From positions 15,252,001 through 15,316,000 of the forward strand of contig OZ024741.1 in NCBI GenBank assembly GCA_964016885.1: a stretch of 64,000 bases of DNA, read 5' to 3'. Source of the DNA: Eledone cirrhosa. Taxonomy: Eukaryota. A program made the translations under genes and the position numbers. The number at the start of each line of letters is the position of its first letter. Within the stretch, counting starts at the first letter, position 1. The notes under the pieces are model-generated. The model worked only from the letters and a program-made list of their open reading frames with translations. It was not told the DNA's origin and made no database searches. Below are positions 63,082 to 64,000 of the stretch, piece by piece.

Positions 63082-63270
63082 ATTGTTTCTACTTTTGGCA
63101 CAAGGCCATACTTAACCAGTGCATTACTGGTACTTACTTTTATAGACCCCGTAAAGATGAAAGGCGAAGTTAACCTTGGCGAGATTTGAATTTAGAATGG
63201 AAATGGCCGTAACTCTATGCTGCAAAGCGTGGCGTCAGACCCTCTACAGATACTGCCAATCTACCACCCT
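63082..63270 (-). mobile_element. tRNA-derived SINE, family 1, whose 5' head seeds the adjacent minisatellite
   Basis: Colinear with 58524-58708, with a similar internal shortening. Confidence 0.85.
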
Positions 63271-64000
63271 AGCATGGCGTCCGACCCTCTACCTATACTG
63301 CCAATCTACCACCCTAACATGGCGTCAGACCCTCTACCTATACTGCCAATCCACCACTCTAACATGGCGTCCGACCCTCTACCTATACTACCAATCCACC
63401 ACCCTAACATGGCGTCCGACCCTCTACCTATACTACCAATCCACTACCCTAACATGGCGTCCGACCCTCTACCGATACTGCCAATCTACCACCCTAACAT
63501 GGCGTCCGACCCTCTACCTATACTACCAATCCACCACCCTAACATGGCGTCAGACCCTCTACCGATACTGCCAATCCACCACCCTAACATGGCGTCAGAC
63601 CCTCTACCGATACTGTCAATCTACCATCCTAACATGGCGTCTGACCCTCTACCGATACTGCCAATCCACCACCCTAGCATGGCGTCAGACCCTCTACCGA
63701 TACTGCCAATCTACCACCCTAACATGACGTCAGACCCTCTACTGATACTACCAATCTACCATCCTAACATGGCGTCTGACCCTCTACCGATACTGCCAAT
63801 CCACCACCCTAACATGACGTCAGACCCTCTACTGATACTACCAATCTACCATCCTAACATGACGTCCGACCCTCTACCGATACTGCCAATCCACCACCCT
63901 AACATGACGTCAGACCCTCTGCCGATACTGCCAATCTACCACCCTAACATGGCGTCCGACCCTCTACCGATACTGCCAATCCACCACCCTAACATCGCGT
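63228..64000. repeat. 45-bp minisatellite, ~17 copies to the window edge
   Basis: Unit CATGGCGTCCGACCCTCTACCGATACTGCCAATCCACCACCCTAA; copies start at 63228, 63273, 63318 and so on. Confidence 0.97.

Noticed and set aside
63176-63727. 183-aa ORF with WRPTLYLYCQSTTLT repeats
   Set aside because: Antisense read-through of a SINE and its 45-bp minisatellite.

Overview
Eukaryotic, AT-rich, gene-free window. The SINE families and (TA)n load suggest a coleoid cephalopod such as Octopus; this is an inference, not verified. Bases 1-54241 are one head-to-tail array of a 15-bp satellite (AATATGACACTRGAK, ~3,600 monomers, running off the left edge) with nested higher-order duplications. The very long ORFs in it are periodicity artefacts. 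The array's right end joins in frame to a decayed Helitron Rep fragment on the minus strand. The monomer read in that frame (VSYSP) completes the EAxxxxSP pattern expected at that point of RepHel, so the satellite appears to have been seeded from 15 bp of Helitron coding sequence. The last ~8 kb is a mosaic of (TA)n tracts, tRNA-derived SINEs and short fold-back elements. These carry eight type I hammerhead-ribozyme motifs of varying integrity, including U3-A8 and U4C core variants, plus half-motifs, consistent with Penelope-like/retrozyme relics. The window ends in a 45-bp minisatellite amplified from a SINE head. All analysis is by eye; no searches or folding programs were run.
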